Shown piece after piece: positions 36,513 through 45,570 of a stretch of DNA of 54,320 bases. The stretch lies in IMG/VR virus record IMGVR_UViG_3300008255_000157, positions 1 through 54,320 of that record; one strand, written 5' to 3'. A model generated the notes under the pieces. That model saw only the letters and a list, made by a program, of their open reading frames with translations. It was not told the origin of the DNA and made no database searches. Source of the DNA: a virus (Duplodnaviria; Caudoviricetes). The translations under genes and the position numbers were made by a program. How positions within the stretch are numbered: the stretch's first letter is position 1; each line of letters opens with the position of its first letter.

Positions 36513-36791
36513 ATGAAGAAGACCACACCGACTGCCAGCCGCCTCGCCCAGAAGGAGAAGGAACGGATCGTCGCGTACAAGGCCAAGTACGGATACGACC
36601 TCATCACGGAGAGCACCTACGATCAGACGACCGACACGCTGATCAAGGCGGTCTCGGTCGAGCTGGACTGCGAAGGAATCGAGCTGGGCAGCGAGCTGGC
36701 CGACATCATCAACGCGATCGCTCGCGGCGAGATGAGCGAGGCTTTTCACGCGCTGCTCGAGCGGTCGAGCAACAGCCGCAACGGGATCTGA
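36513..36791 (+). CDS. Hypothetical early protein
   Basis: GGAGA RBS downstream of the promoter. Confidence 0.7.
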   Translation: MKKTTPTASRLAQKEKERIVAYKAKYGYDLITESTYDQTTDTLIKAVSVELDCEGIELGSELADIINAIARGEMSEAFHALLERSSNSRNGI

Positions 36792-36800
36792 GAACGAACC

Positions 36801-37112
36801 ATGATCACGCTCAACTACATCAACCTCGGCAAGGCGCGGAAGCGCACGCTCGGCACGGCGATGCCGGGGTTCATCGTCAGCGATACCGGCGAGACCCGCT
36901 ACGTGCCTGGCATCACGAAGTTCGCGCCGTACGGCAAGGTCGCTGGTTGGGCGCGGGGCCGTACCGTGTGGCGCGGTGTCGCGCCGACCCAGGACTACGC
37001 GGGCTCGCGCTACCTCGATAGGCCGCACGTCATAGCTACGCTGTTGCGCGCCGTACGGAACGGCGAGAGCGGACGGGCCGTGTGCCGGATCCTGCACCAG
37101 GCCCGTCGCTGA
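36801..37112 (+). CDS. Hypothetical basic early protein
   Basis: 103-aa ORF in the operon. Confidence 0.65.
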   Translation: MITLNYINLGKARKRTLGTAMPGFIVSDTGETRYVPGITKFAPYGKVAGWARGRTVWRGVAPTQDYAGSRYLDRPHVIATLLRAVRNGESGRAVCRILHQARR

Positions 37113-37139
37113 CACCGCCCTAACACGATGATTTAGGAC

Positions 37140-37169
37140 GTTGCAATAAGGACACGAATCGCGTAGCGT
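37140..37169 (+). promoter_or_regulatory. Early promoter/operator, copy 2
   Basis: GTTGC-AATAAG-GACAC-N8-TAGCGT (TTGCAA-17-TAGCGT). Confidence 0.65.
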
Positions 37170-37202
37170 CGACCCAAGCTCCTGAGCCAAATGGAGGATG
37201 AC

Positions 37203-37424
37203 ATGAGCGGATTCATGTTCTGCACCGGTCCGTGCATCAATTGCGGCACGGTCATCAGCTTCAATCCGAGCTATGTACCGTCCGTACGGTACCCGGCGCC
37301 GGACGGGCCGAAGGAACCGCTGTGTCGGCGTTGTGCGACGGAGTTCAACCGAATCATTGTCAGGCGCGGCGACAGGCCCGTGCCGATCCATCCAGACGCT
37401 TACGATCCGGAGCCTTGCCCATGA
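37203..37424 (+). CDS. Zn-finger hypothetical protein
   Basis: CINCG...FNP..VPS...EPLCRRC; GGAGG RBS. Confidence 0.7.
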   Translation: MSGFMFCTGPCINCGTVISFNPSYVPSVRYPAPDGPKEPLCRRCATEFNRIIVRRGDRPVPIHPDAYDPEPCP

Positions 37425-37714
37425 TTACAGGAACGAAACGGAAGTTGAAGGCCACGTTCGGATCGACCGATGTGGCGCGAATGAATCCGGACATCTCGGA
37501 GCACTACGGCTGCGTCCAGGTCGTGCTGAACCTGGATCAGGCGTTGAAACTGCAGGTGGCGGTAGCGGAAGCGGTGCGGCGCCTGCACAGGATCGAGACC
37601 GATGACCCGGGCCGGAAGAACGAGCGCGGATTCGCGATGAACCTGTTTCACAACGGACGCATCCTCATGAGCAAGACCTCGATCGAGCCGCGCGCGAAAG
37701 GAGGAGCGAAGTGA
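37421..37714 (+). CDS. Hypothetical protein
   Basis: ATGA coupling. Confidence 0.65.
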   Translation: MITGTKRKLKATFGSTDVARMNPDISEHYGCVQVVLNLDQALKLQVAVAEAVRRLHRIETDDPGRKNERGFAMNLFHNGRILMSKTSIEPRAKGGAK

Positions 37715-37983
37715 GCACAGACCTATACCGAGACGACGGAATCATTCTGAACCGCTTCTATGGAGGTCACGCGCGCGGTACCTGCTATCAGATCACGGAG
37801 AGCGGGTCACAGCGTATCGATAGCGTGGCCGGCGTGGTCCAAGTCACGACCGAACAAGCGATGCAGATCTACGTCGCGCTTGGGAAGGCGCTGGACCAAG
37901 AGGCGCAGCGAAGTGTTGTCGCTGTGCTCGCCATGATCGGCGAGCTACGTGGAGAACACCAGGACGAGAATGATGGCGAGTGA
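37711..37983 (+). CDS. Hypothetical protein
   Basis: AGGAGG RBS; RF.GG..RG.C.QIT. Confidence 0.7.
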   Translation: MSTDLYRDDGIILNRFYGGHARGTCYQITESGSQRIDSVAGVVQVTTEQAMQIYVALGKALDQEAQRSVVAVLAMIGELRGEHQDENDGE

Positions 37984-38245
37984 TCTGCGCGATCTGAAGC
38001 CGGGCGGTCCGGATCGAGTCGTGATTGACAATGACGGCGAGGCTGTGTCGCCGAGGCGAGCGCGTGAAGAGTATGGGATCACACCTGACGTCGTCTTTGT
38101 GCGCGCCGACGGCTGGGCCTTGGCCGCGCCGAAACACCTCGTCGGCGTAGCATTCAAGCAGTGGCCGGACAGCTGGGTCTCGTTCTGTATCAGGCCAAGC
38201 ACGGAGCTGATTCCGATCGAGGAATGGGACGGGACAATCGAATGA
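37970..38245 (+). CDS. Hypothetical protein
   Basis: Overlapping chain of small ORFs. Confidence 0.6.
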   Translation: MMASDLRDLKPGGPDRVVIDNDGEAVSPRRAREEYGITPDVVFVRADGWALAAPKHLVGVAFKQWPDSWVSFCIRPSTELIPIEEWDGTIE

Positions 38246-38388
38246 ATGACGAAGAGCTGATCAGGGAGCTACGCCTCGTCGTTGTCGGCCTGCTCAACTT
38301 GATCGAAGACGATGATGGGATCGTCAGAGAGCCTGCAGTAATTCAGGCGCGTCTGCTGCTTCGCAACATGAAGGATGCTGGGAGATGA
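38242..38388 (+). CDS. Hypothetical protein
   Basis: ATGA coupling at both ends. Confidence 0.55.
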   Translation: MNDEELIRELRLVVVGLLNLIEDDDGIVREPAVIQARLLLRNMKDAGR

Positions 38389-39041
38389 AAACGACCTGTG
38401 TCGACTGCATGGAAGTGATCGAGATCGACAAAGATACGTTGGCGATGCTGACGGAGTGCGGGCGGATCGCCCGGCTATGCCTGAGGTGCCGGCAGTCTCG
38501 CCACGATAACGGCATCAACACGGCCGATCCGAAGCCGGCCGTGCTCGGCAACTACTGCTGCAAGGTCGAGCTGCAATGGGCGATCACGGCTCACGACATG
38601 AAGTACCTCGCGCGTGGCGACGTCGAGGAGGACTTCGCGAGACGGTCCTGGTACCGCGCTCGTGAGCAGCTTCAGCTCGTGGCCGGCTGTGGGCATGCCA
38701 CGACGCCGATCGGTCACTTCCACTTCAATCCAGACACGCTGCGTCGCTGCTTTGGCAGGTCGATCGACAACGCCGTTGACGGCTTCATGGAGCGGTACCA
38801 TGCCGCGCTGAACCACTACGTTGCGCTTCTACTCGATCTCGAGGGGATGGTGGAAGAGATCGCGTGCGACTCGGACGTTGCGGTCAAGAAGATCAACTTC
38901 TTGATGGCGGCGCAAGCACTCGCGGTCGGGTACCGACAGGGCTGGCCCGTCGATCCACGCATCGAGGATCAGGTCAAGGCCGCGGAGAACGAGCACATGC
39001 CGATGGGGCAGGACGAGGCGGGGAGAAGGTGCGGGCTATGA
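38385..39041 (+). CDS. Hypothetical protein with N-terminal Zn finger
   Basis: CVDC...CLRC. Confidence 0.7.
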   Translation: MKTTCVDCMEVIEIDKDTLAMLTECGRIARLCLRCRQSRHDNGINTADPKPAVLGNYCCKVELQWAITAHDMKYLARGDVEEDFARRSWYRAREQLQLVAGCGHATTPIGHFHFNPDTLRRCFGRSIDNAVDGFMERYHAALNHYVALLLDLEGMVEEIACDSDVAVKKINFLMAAQALAVGYRQGWPVDPRIEDQVKAAENEHMPMGQDEAGRRCGL

Positions 39042-39451
39042 ACGAGTGCTGCACGATCGCAGAGAACGTCGAGTACTGTCCCGACCTAAAGGGGTGGATC
39101 TGTAATAGGTGCGAATCGTACATTCGCTATGCCGACCTGCCATCGACGCATCCCGATAGCTTCGAGACAAGGCACGGATCTGGCACCAAGGTCGTCGATG
39201 GAGAAGCCATGAGCGAGTGCTGCAAGGACGACAAGCTCGCGTTTGTTCTGAAGCGATCGAGCTGGGAGAACCTGTTCTTGCAGCTTCACGAGCACGGCCT
39301 TGCCCCGATCCATCCGGAGCGGATACGCATGCTCGGCGACAAAGGGATCTTCGACACGACGGAAGGCAACTTCTGGGCCGCGTTGGGCGAATTGGAGCGT
39401 CAATTTCAGGTACAGACCGGCGACTTTCCAAAGATCAAGTTCGGGGATTAG
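39038..39451 (+). CDS. Cys-rich hypothetical protein (possible internal start at MSECC)
   Basis: ATGA coupling; MNECC and MSECC segments. Confidence 0.55.
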   Translation: MNECCTIAENVEYCPDLKGWICNRCESYIRYADLPSTHPDSFETRHGSGTKVVDGEAMSECCKDDKLAFVLKRSSWENLFLQLHEHGLAPIHPERIRMLGDKGIFDTTEGNFWAALGELERQFQVQTGDFPKIKFGD

Positions 39452-39480
39452 TGGCTTTGTCGCCACGCCGATCGTAGCTT
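39451..39480 (+). promoter_or_regulatory. Early promoter/operator, copy 3
   Basis: GTGGC-TTTGTC-GCCAC-N8-TAGCTT. Confidence 0.7.
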
Positions 39481-39519
39481 CTCAATGACCGCACGGACAA
39501 GAAACGAAAGGAGCGGATC

Positions 39520-39669
39520 ATGGCAAGCACGAGAACAACACTGGTAGGGATCCTGATCGTGGTAACGCTGACCATTGCCGGCGCGACGTTCCTCGGCCAT
39601 GTGGCAGAGAAGCTGAGCCAAGACATGGTGGCTGCGCGGGCGCAGGTAGAGAGCGCGATCACGAAGTGA
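39520..39669 (+). CDS. 49-aa single-TM membrane protein (absent from the ORF track)
   Basis: AAGGAG RBS; MASTRTTLVGILIVVTLTIAGATFLGHVAEKLSQDMVAARAQVESAITK. Confidence 0.7.
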   Translation: MASTRTTLVGILIVVTLTIAGATFLGHVAEKLSQDMVAARAQVESAITK

Positions 39670-39946
39670 GCCCTGAACGACTTCGCAAGACCAGGTATCG
39701 GGAGGATCCGCGGTCGCTGACCAGGGACGAGCGCGACGCGCTCGAGCGGGACGTGTGTACCGACGCCTCTACGAGGCCGTGCTTGGGACGTACGACACGA
39801 GCCCGTCCGAGTCCGTGCTCGACGCGGGGCTTCGGTTCTGGGCCAGGTGTGGCAGACACGACGTGGACGACTTCATGGGTTGGGTGAAGGAATGGCGGGC
39901 TTTGAATCCGAGCCAAGACAGGGACGAGGAAGAGAACACGATCTGA
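39666..39946 (+). pseudogene. Hypothetical gene split by an apparent GT dinucleotide insertion
   Basis: Removing one GT from GTGTGT (39753-39758) joins ...DALERDV to YRRLYEAVLG... Confidence 0.5.
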
Positions 39947-40203
39947 GGTTGGAAGCGGACCAGTGGATGGACGCGAACCCTCAGATCTACGCTCTGTTTC
40001 GTCGCTTCGCGACGCAGATGCTGGAGCGCAATAAGCGTTTCGGCATCTCTCAACTGACGGAGCGCGTTCGTTGGGAGATCGCGCTTGCATGGCAGGGCGA
40101 ATACAAGATCAACAACAATCACCGGGCCTACGTGGCGCGGCGTCTGCTCGCCGAAATGTCCGGGCTCGAGCCGCTGATCAAGCTGAGAAGGGTCAGGTAC
40201 TGA
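39892..40203 (+). CDS. Conserved-looking phage hypothetical protein
   Basis: NP.IY..F...A, ER.RW, YKINNNH.AY.AR; start uncertain. Confidence 0.7.
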   Translation: MAGFESEPRQGRGREHDLRLEADQWMDANPQIYALFRRFATQMLERNKRFGISQLTERVRWEIALAWQGEYKINNNHRAYVARRLLAEMSGLEPLIKLRRVRY

Positions 40204-40260
40204 TGGCGAAGCGCCAACGACTGAGAAGCGATCCAATGTCGCCCGAGGCGCGGAAACGTA

Positions 40261-40653
40261 ATGGATGATAAAGCATTGATGGATGACGCTTTGATCAGCA
40301 AAAAGGCGGTGACTGTTCGCGAGATCGCTGCTGCGTTCAACCGCAACGGGATCGACAACGATCTGAACGTACCGGACTTCGTTCTTGCCGATTTATGCTG
40401 GGACACCGTGGCCGCGCTTTGCTTCCTCAGGATGGAATTGGATCAGTTCTACAACAGACGCGACCCACGCGAGACCGATCGAACACGCCCGAACGTGGAC
40501 GAGAGGTACGCGGCCAAGATCGCGGACGCGGTGATCGAGGAGCTACAGAAGACGGAGCGACCGCGACGTCCAGAAGGCGACACGCAGAGGCGCGCAACGA
40601 TTATCGCCACGGTTCTGCGCTGCCTGCAACAGGAGGAGAGCGACGGGCCATGA
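40261..40653 (+). CDS. Hypothetical protein
   Basis: N...IDN..N.PDF.LA motif; true start may be 40203 via a frameshift. Confidence 0.65.
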   Translation: MDDKALMDDALISKKAVTVREIAAAFNRNGIDNDLNVPDFVLADLCWDTVAALCFLRMELDQFYNRRDPRETDRTRPNVDERYAAKIADAVIEELQKTERPRRPEGDTQRRATIIATVLRCLQQEESDGP

Positions 40654-40898
40654 CCGAGCCCGGCTACATCCCGCTCAGCGAGCTGCAGTCCATCCTGCGA
40701 TGCCACGGGCTTGAAGACATCGAGGACCTGTCGGTCAAGATTCACACCATGTTGCGCAACCAGATCAAGCAGGTCACTGGAGCGATCGAACTCGCGTATA
40801 GGCGCGGCGTTCAGGCCGGGTACAAGCAGGCAAGGGAGGAGTTCGACTGTGGATCAGATCCAGGAACGGGTAGTGCTGGAGATTCGTCGCCAGCGTGA
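40650..40898 (+). CDS. Hypothetical protein
   Basis: AGGAGG RBS, ATGA coupling. Confidence 0.6.
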   Translation: MTEPGYIPLSELQSILRCHGLEDIEDLSVKIHTMLRNQIKQVTGAIELAYRRGVQAGYKQAREEFDCGSDPGTGSAGDSSPA

Positions 40899-41139
40899 TG
40901 GCAACCTTGATAAGGCTGAGTACTGCGACCTGGGGAAGTCGTTTGCTGCCGCGATCGAAGAGCAGCGACAGGCCGGATACGTGCTCGAGAGCTGGCAGCT
41001 CGTCTCGACCAACGTGGTGGGACCGAGGTCTTCGGGCTACTGTTTCGTCGAGGTGATCGTCGCGGTCTTTGTTCATGTTTCGCAGCCCAAGGATTACATG
41101 GATCGACGGCCCATGACGGGCGGTCTGAAAATGACATGA
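40849..41139 (+). CDS. Hypothetical protein
   Basis: GGAGG RBS, GTG start. Confidence 0.55.
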   Translation: MDQIQERVVLEIRRQRDGNLDKAEYCDLGKSFAAAIEEQRQAGYVLESWQLVSTNVVGPRSSGYCFVEVIVAVFVHVSQPKDYMDRRPMTGGLKMT

Positions 41140-41645
41140 GTGACGATAGAAAGCGGCTCGACAGGCCACGTTCGTGGGAAGAGATCGTGGCCGAGATCGA
41201 ACGGCTCGTAGCGAACCATTACGATGATCTGTTCGGTACGATGCGCCAGGACCTCATGGCAGTGCTGCCATTCAAGCATGTCAAGCCGTACATCAAGGAC
41301 GACGTGACCGAGAAGGGTTGGGAGAGCGAGGCGCGTCAACCCTACTCACGCTACACCGTGTGCGAGTGGATCAAGGAGTACCTCGAGTTCGCGTGGAGCA
41401 AGGCGAATGATTGCTGTGGTCTGAGCGCGCAGCGATCGCTCCACCACCTGCGTGCCTGGTTCTTCTTGCTCGGCGAGGAGAGCTTCGTCGATAGCATCGA
41501 TTACGAGCACTACGGCAAGCCGTGTCTGGTCGCGATCTCGGAGCGCGACGATATCGGCTTTCCGTGGACCAAGCACGACAACGATCAGTGGCGCAACGAC
41601 GAGCGAGATCCATCGATCTCGGCGCGGGAGGCGCTGGGGCGGTGA
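41136..41645 (+). CDS. Conserved-looking phage hypothetical protein
   Basis: Y..FAW.KA....GLSA.RS..H..AW..LLG; YGKP.L. Confidence 0.75.
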   Translation: MSDDRKRLDRPRSWEEIVAEIERLVANHYDDLFGTMRQDLMAVLPFKHVKPYIKDDVTEKGWESEARQPYSRYTVCEWIKEYLEFAWSKANDCCGLSAQRSLHHLRAWFFLLGEESFVDSIDYEHYGKPCLVAISERDDIGFPWTKHDNDQWRNDERDPSISAREALGR

Positions 41646-41911
41646 ACAGAAGCGACCCATCGGTAGGCGACATCGTCCTGTACTTTTCGACTCGCGACGA
41701 CTTCGAGCGTGGCAAGTCGTATGGTGGCGAGCGCGAGGTCAGGACGGGACCGACCATGATCGGAGAGAGACAAGTGTGTTGGGTCACGGGCATTCGTGGG
41801 TGCGTAGCAGTGTCGAGCCTGAAGCTCGTCACGCCGGTCGAGGATCGTGACGACTTCACTGGCATTGATGAAGAGGAACAAGCACCGTTACAGGCCGAGT
41901 TCGGGTTCTGA
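41642..41911 (+). CDS. Hypothetical SH3-like small protein
   Basis: VGD.V.Y...V.W..G..GCV...L; GGAGG RBS. Confidence 0.6.
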   Translation: MNRSDPSVGDIVLYFSTRDDFERGKSYGGEREVRTGPTMIGERQVCWVTGIRGCVAVSSLKLVTPVEDRDDFTGIDEEEQAPLQAEFGF

Positions 41912-41923
41912 AAGGAGACGATC

Positions 41924-42244
41924 GTGTCGAACGAAGACATCGCACGGGCGATCGCAGAGGCGGGCAGGGAGATTGGCAAGGAGGGCGCGTCTGGGATGGG
42001 CGCGATTGAGGGGCTCTCAGTCAAGGTTGGCGACGCTGGAGAAACGATCGGGGCATCGATCGAATCCGCAGGGCATGCCATAGAGCGTGGATTGGAATCG
42101 ATTGCACATGCGATCAACACTCATCCATTCCCGCCCGACGATATCGGAATTCACTTGCAGCACAGTCCTGGCCTGGAATCGATAGACAGAATCGCAGGCG
42201 CTATCGAGAGGCTTGCACAAGCAGTGGAAGAGAGGTCTGCGTAA
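41924..42244 (+). CDS. Hypothetical protein with helical repeats
   Basis: AAGGAG RBS; repeated I..AI / GLESI. Confidence 0.7.
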   Translation: MSNEDIARAIAEAGREIGKEGASGMGAIEGLSVKVGDAGETIGASIESAGHAIERGLESIAHAINTHPFPPDDIGIHLQHSPGLESIDRIAGAIERLAQAVEERSA

Positions 42245-42435
42245 TGCCAGCATTCACGGATTGGAGATGTCCCGAGTGTCGGCGCCGATTCGGCGTCGCG
42301 ACCGAGCACGACGACGATTACGTGACCTGTCCGCACTGCGGCCATGAGCTTGATATCCGAGAGGCGATGGCGCAGATCGCGAAGGCGCGCGAAGCGTTCC
42401 TTAACAAGGAGAACGAGGATGATCTCGAGAGTTGA
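42244..42435 (+). CDS. Zn-ribbon protein
   Basis: CPEC...CPHCG; TAATG coupling. Confidence 0.7.
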   Translation: MPAFTDWRCPECRRRFGVATEHDDDYVTCPHCGHELDIREAMAQIAKAREAFLNKENEDDLES

Positions 42436-42961
42436 GAGACAGAGGCGCGACAAGAAGCTACTCCCGCCCAAGCCTTGGCCGGCACGTCCGCAACCGACCA
42501 AGGTCCTGTCGTCGCGTTGGTTCGTGGCCGGCTATCACGTCGATGTCGAGCTGGTCGACAACCTGGAGTACATGGGAAAGACACAGAAGAAGCACGTTCA
42601 GAGTGACGGCCGCTTCATGATCATGAGATCGGCGCGGACCAATCAGGGCAACTACTACCTCGGCAGCTCTCGAGACGCATACTGCCTCTTCGTCACGCTT
42701 GGGCTGACCGAGGTCCAGCCAGGGCCGGACTGCAATGTCTGCACGATCGGGTTCAGCAAATCCGAAGGTCTGTGGTACGGCTGGAGTCACCGCGCGATCG
42801 TCGGTTTCGGGCGTGGCCATCGCCTATTCGATCCGGAATGGAAGCCGATCGACGGATCCGATGTCGAGGAGATCGATTACAGGCAGCGCGGCGAGAATGT
42901 AATCACGTCCTTCACCGAGGCGAAGCAGGCAGCGATCGCGTTTGCGGAATACGTGTCATGA
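42419..42961 (+). CDS. Conserved-looking phage hypothetical protein
   Basis: IGFS.....WYGWSHRAI.GF..G...EAKQAAI.FA..VS; AAGGAG RBS. Confidence 0.75.
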   Translation: MISRVERQRRDKKLLPPKPWPARPQPTKVLSSRWFVAGYHVDVELVDNLEYMGKTQKKHVQSDGRFMIMRSARTNQGNYYLGSSRDAYCLFVTLGLTEVQPGPDCNVCTIGFSKSEGLWYGWSHRAIVGFGRGHRLFDPEWKPIDGSDVEEIDYRQRGENVITSFTEAKQAAIAFAEYVS

Positions 42962-43182
42962 GCCAGCTCAAGGACTACCTCGGCGACGGCGTCTACATAG
43001 ACGTCGACGAGATCGGAAACATTGTTCTGACCACGGAGGACGGGATCTCGGTCAGGGATCGGATCGTGTTCGACGATCACGTCACCGAGGCGTTCGAGCG
43101 GTGGCTTGGGCGCGCGCGCGTCGGCACCGGAACCGAAACCAGAGCAATGGCGCATGTAAATCTCTTTCACTTCAATCCGTAG
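42958..43182 (+). CDS. Hypothetical protein
   Basis: YLGDGVY.......LTTE.G motif. Confidence 0.7.
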   Translation: MSQLKDYLGDGVYIDVDEIGNIVLTTEDGISVRDRIVFDDHVTEAFERWLGRARVGTGTETRAMAHVNLFHFNP

Positions 43183-43184
43183 TT

Positions 43185-43217
43185 GCCGGGGGCGACTCCC
43201 CAGCGCCCCCGGCTTTC
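43185..43217 (+). terminator. Probable terminator
   Basis: GCCGGGGGCG pairs with CGCCCCCGGC, followed by TTT. Confidence 0.6.
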
Positions 43218-43237
43218 AAGAGAAGTGCGGGCAAGTC

Positions 43238-43975
43238 ATGTCTGAGCTGGACCACTACCTGAAGCCACGACCAGTGAAGAAGTTGAAAGAAACCGACCTG
43301 GCAAGGCCCGTCGTTGACTGGTTCCTTGAACGGGGATTTGAGGTGTACCAGGAGGTTCAGATCAGCCGAGCGAGCTGGATCCTCGACATCGTCGCCACGC
43401 AGCGCGCGCTGGTGTGGGGCGTCGAGCTGAAGACGACGCGCTCGCTATCTGTGCTCGAGCAGTGCTGGGAGAAGTTCGCGCACTGCCATCGCGTGTCCGC
43501 AGCCGTACCATGCATGGGGAATCGGTGGAGAAGCCGCGGCGTACTGTGGCAACGCATCAGGCGCGACCTCGGCATTGGCCTTTTCGAGGTGAGTGGAGAC
43601 AGGTGTGACTGCGACGACTGGCCAGGCACACGCTCACGCGCGCCGTACGCGCACCAGTTGCGCGACGCGCTCCGACCCGAGCACAAGACGTTCGCGAAGG
43701 CTGGACGCGCGGACGGGCGCCGCTGGAGCCCGTGAAGGGATACGCTCCAGAAGCTGACCCGTATCGTGGCGAGAAACCCAGGCTGCTCCCTACGCGAAGC
43801 CATCAAGGCGATGCACGACCACCACTACGCGAACGATCAGAGCGCGTACGGATCGCTCCTGTTCTGCCTCAACAACCAGCCCGAGCAAGTTCCAGACGTC
43901 GAGGTTCGAACCGTCGATGGGAAGAAGTTCTTGTACCCGAGGTCGAAAATTGTTGGGGCACCAACAATTGGATAA
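43238..43975 (+). pseudogene. DUF2161/MmcB-like PD-(D/E)XK nuclease-fold gene interrupted by an in-frame TGA (43733-43735)
   Basis: KETDL..PV..W....G.EV..EV...D.VA......ELK...SL..L.Q; reading continues in frame as RWSP*RDTLQKL into ORF 43766..43975. Confidence 0.65.
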
Positions 43976-44258
43976 GCCGCGTTTCAGGAAGGCCCCGAAG
44001 AATGGGAAGGACGTGGTCTAACGGGTCTATGACGATGCCGAAACGTTCATCGGCACGGTGCAAGGTCTTGCGATTGGCAGCGCGATGGTCATCACGAGAT
44101 GGTTGGCCCGCACGCCCAAGAACTTCTTTGCCGGCACGTTCTCGACCAGGCGGGCCGCGGCCGAGGCGTTGTGGGTCGCCGATCAGGAACGGATCAGACG
44201 CTTGTTGAGACTGAAGCCGGCCTGGAAGTACTTGCCGCCACTACCGAAAGAGGATTGA
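43968..44258 (+). pseudogene. Hypothetical gene interrupted by an in-frame TAA (44019-44021)
   Basis: TTG 43968 is in frame with ORF 44058..44258: ...KDVV*RVYDDAETFIGTV... Confidence 0.5.
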
Positions 44259-44259
44259 G

Positions 44260-44505
44260 ATGATCGGCAAGATTCCGTTCCCTGCGCCGTGCGAAAAGAC
44301 CTGGGTGCAGTGCCTTGGATGCAGAGAATGGATCTTGGTCTACGATTCGCAGTTGAACGCGCTTCTCGCTGGCTGCGATTACAAAGAGCGATGGTTCCGT
44401 TGCGATAGTTGTGAGGGCATATCATGGGACCGGCGCCTCTCCGGGCCCCCCGACTCTGCGCTCGGAACCGATATTCGATACCACGGAGAAGGGAAAAAGA
44501 CATGA
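44260..44505 (+). CDS. Zn-finger hypothetical protein
   Basis: WVQC..C..W...WF.C..C; GAGG RBS. Confidence 0.65.
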   Translation: MIGKIPFPAPCEKTWVQCLGCREWILVYDSQLNALLAGCDYKERWFRCDSCEGISWDRRLSGPPDSALGTDIRYHGEGKKT

Positions 44506-44972
44506 GCAAGAGACCGGCGTCGCTCGAAGACGCGGAGCGACAGGCGCAGCGCATCGGACAGAGTGTCGGCAAGCAGATGCCGCTCGGCTGGGGCTTCTTT
44601 CTCTGCTTGGCGCAGATCGGAGAGGCCGGGTCCATGACCTACGTGTCGAGCCTGCACCGATCCGCCATGCCGAAGTTCTGTCGTGAATTGGCGACGCGGC
44701 TCGAGACGGGCGAAGGCTCGCTCGACGTGAAGGGGAATGAAGATCCCGACATGGACCGGGCACTCAACATCATTACGCTGCTCGGATCCGTTCTGTCGGG
44801 CGGCACGTTCCAACTCGGCGTGACCACGGATCCGAAACTGATCGCGGCGTATGGCGGCAAGAAAGAGTTCATGAAAATGGTGAAGCAGACGGAGCGTGCG
44901 CTTCAGTACGCGCTTCGAAGCGGTGGCGAACTTGTGCGCAGGCTCAATCCGGAGATGATTGATGGAGAGTGA
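44502..44972 (+). CDS. Hypothetical protein
   Basis: P.GWGF.LCL...GE.G..TY.S; similar to 35340..35789. Confidence 0.7.
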   Translation: MSKRPASLEDAERQAQRIGQSVGKQMPLGWGFFLCLAQIGEAGSMTYVSSLHRSAMPKFCRELATRLETGEGSLDVKGNEDPDMDRALNIITLLGSVLSGGTFQLGVTTDPKLIAAYGGKKEFMKMVKQTERALQYALRSGGELVRRLNPEMIDGE

Positions 44973-45504
44973 ACGACCGAGCACGGAACAGGTCGTAGCG
45001 TTTCTGCGCGTGGTAGTGGCGACTCGCGTGGAGCAGGTGTCTCCGAACATGGCCGTGGACTATACGTGCAAGCTGCGAGAGGCGACGGCGCGTGTGGAAC
45101 GGTACCCGGAGCTGATCGGTCTTCTCGGTCAGGCAGTGTTGTGCATTGAAAACGCGAACAGTGGCGCGTTCGCGAACGGGAACAGGGCAGAGAACGGAAT
45201 CATCGACGAAGGCGAGGTGATGACGGAACGCTTCGTTGACGGGCTGCACACCTACCTGCACCGGATCGAGCCGAATCGGTTCCAGTACGATCCACCACCG
45301 CTCGATCATTCGCTTGAGGCCCGTCTCAAGTACATGGCGACGCTGGCTGCTCGTGCCAAACGGCTCATGGAGATCCGGCCCGACGCGGCCGCGCTTGGCC
45401 GAGAGATGCTGACGGTCCTGATCAATTTCCTTCAGGAAACGGCGGATTCGCCCGACGTTGTGGCAGTGTCCAAAACTGGTACTGAGGAATCCTCGCCCGG
45501 GTAG
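44959..45504 (+). CDS. Hypothetical protein
   Basis: 181-aa ORF, GGAG RBS. Confidence 0.7.
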   Translation: MMESERPSTEQVVAFLRVVVATRVEQVSPNMAVDYTCKLREATARVERYPELIGLLGQAVLCIENANSGAFANGNRAENGIIDEGEVMTERFVDGLHTYLHRIEPNRFQYDPPPLDHSLEARLKYMATLAARAKRLMEIRPDAAALGREMLTVLINFLQETADSPDVVAVSKTGTEESSPG

Positions 45505-45533
45505 TGGCTTATGAGCCACGCGGATCGTAATAT
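45504..45533 (+). promoter_or_regulatory. Early promoter/operator, copy 4
   Basis: GTGGC-TTATGA-GCCAC-N8-TAATAT; downstream leader nearly identical to that of copy 1. Confidence 0.75.
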
Positions 45534-45570
45534 CGTGGTGTACGGAACGAACCACGACGGAGACGCGACC

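Noticed and set aside
39520-39669. Flp pilin
   Set aside because: Size and hydrophobicity fit, but the G|xxxxEY prepilin motif is missing
43733-43735. Genome-wide TGA reassignment to an amino acid
   Set aside because: Many core genes (terL, portal, capsid) end at TGA, often with ATGA coupling, so the standard code fits
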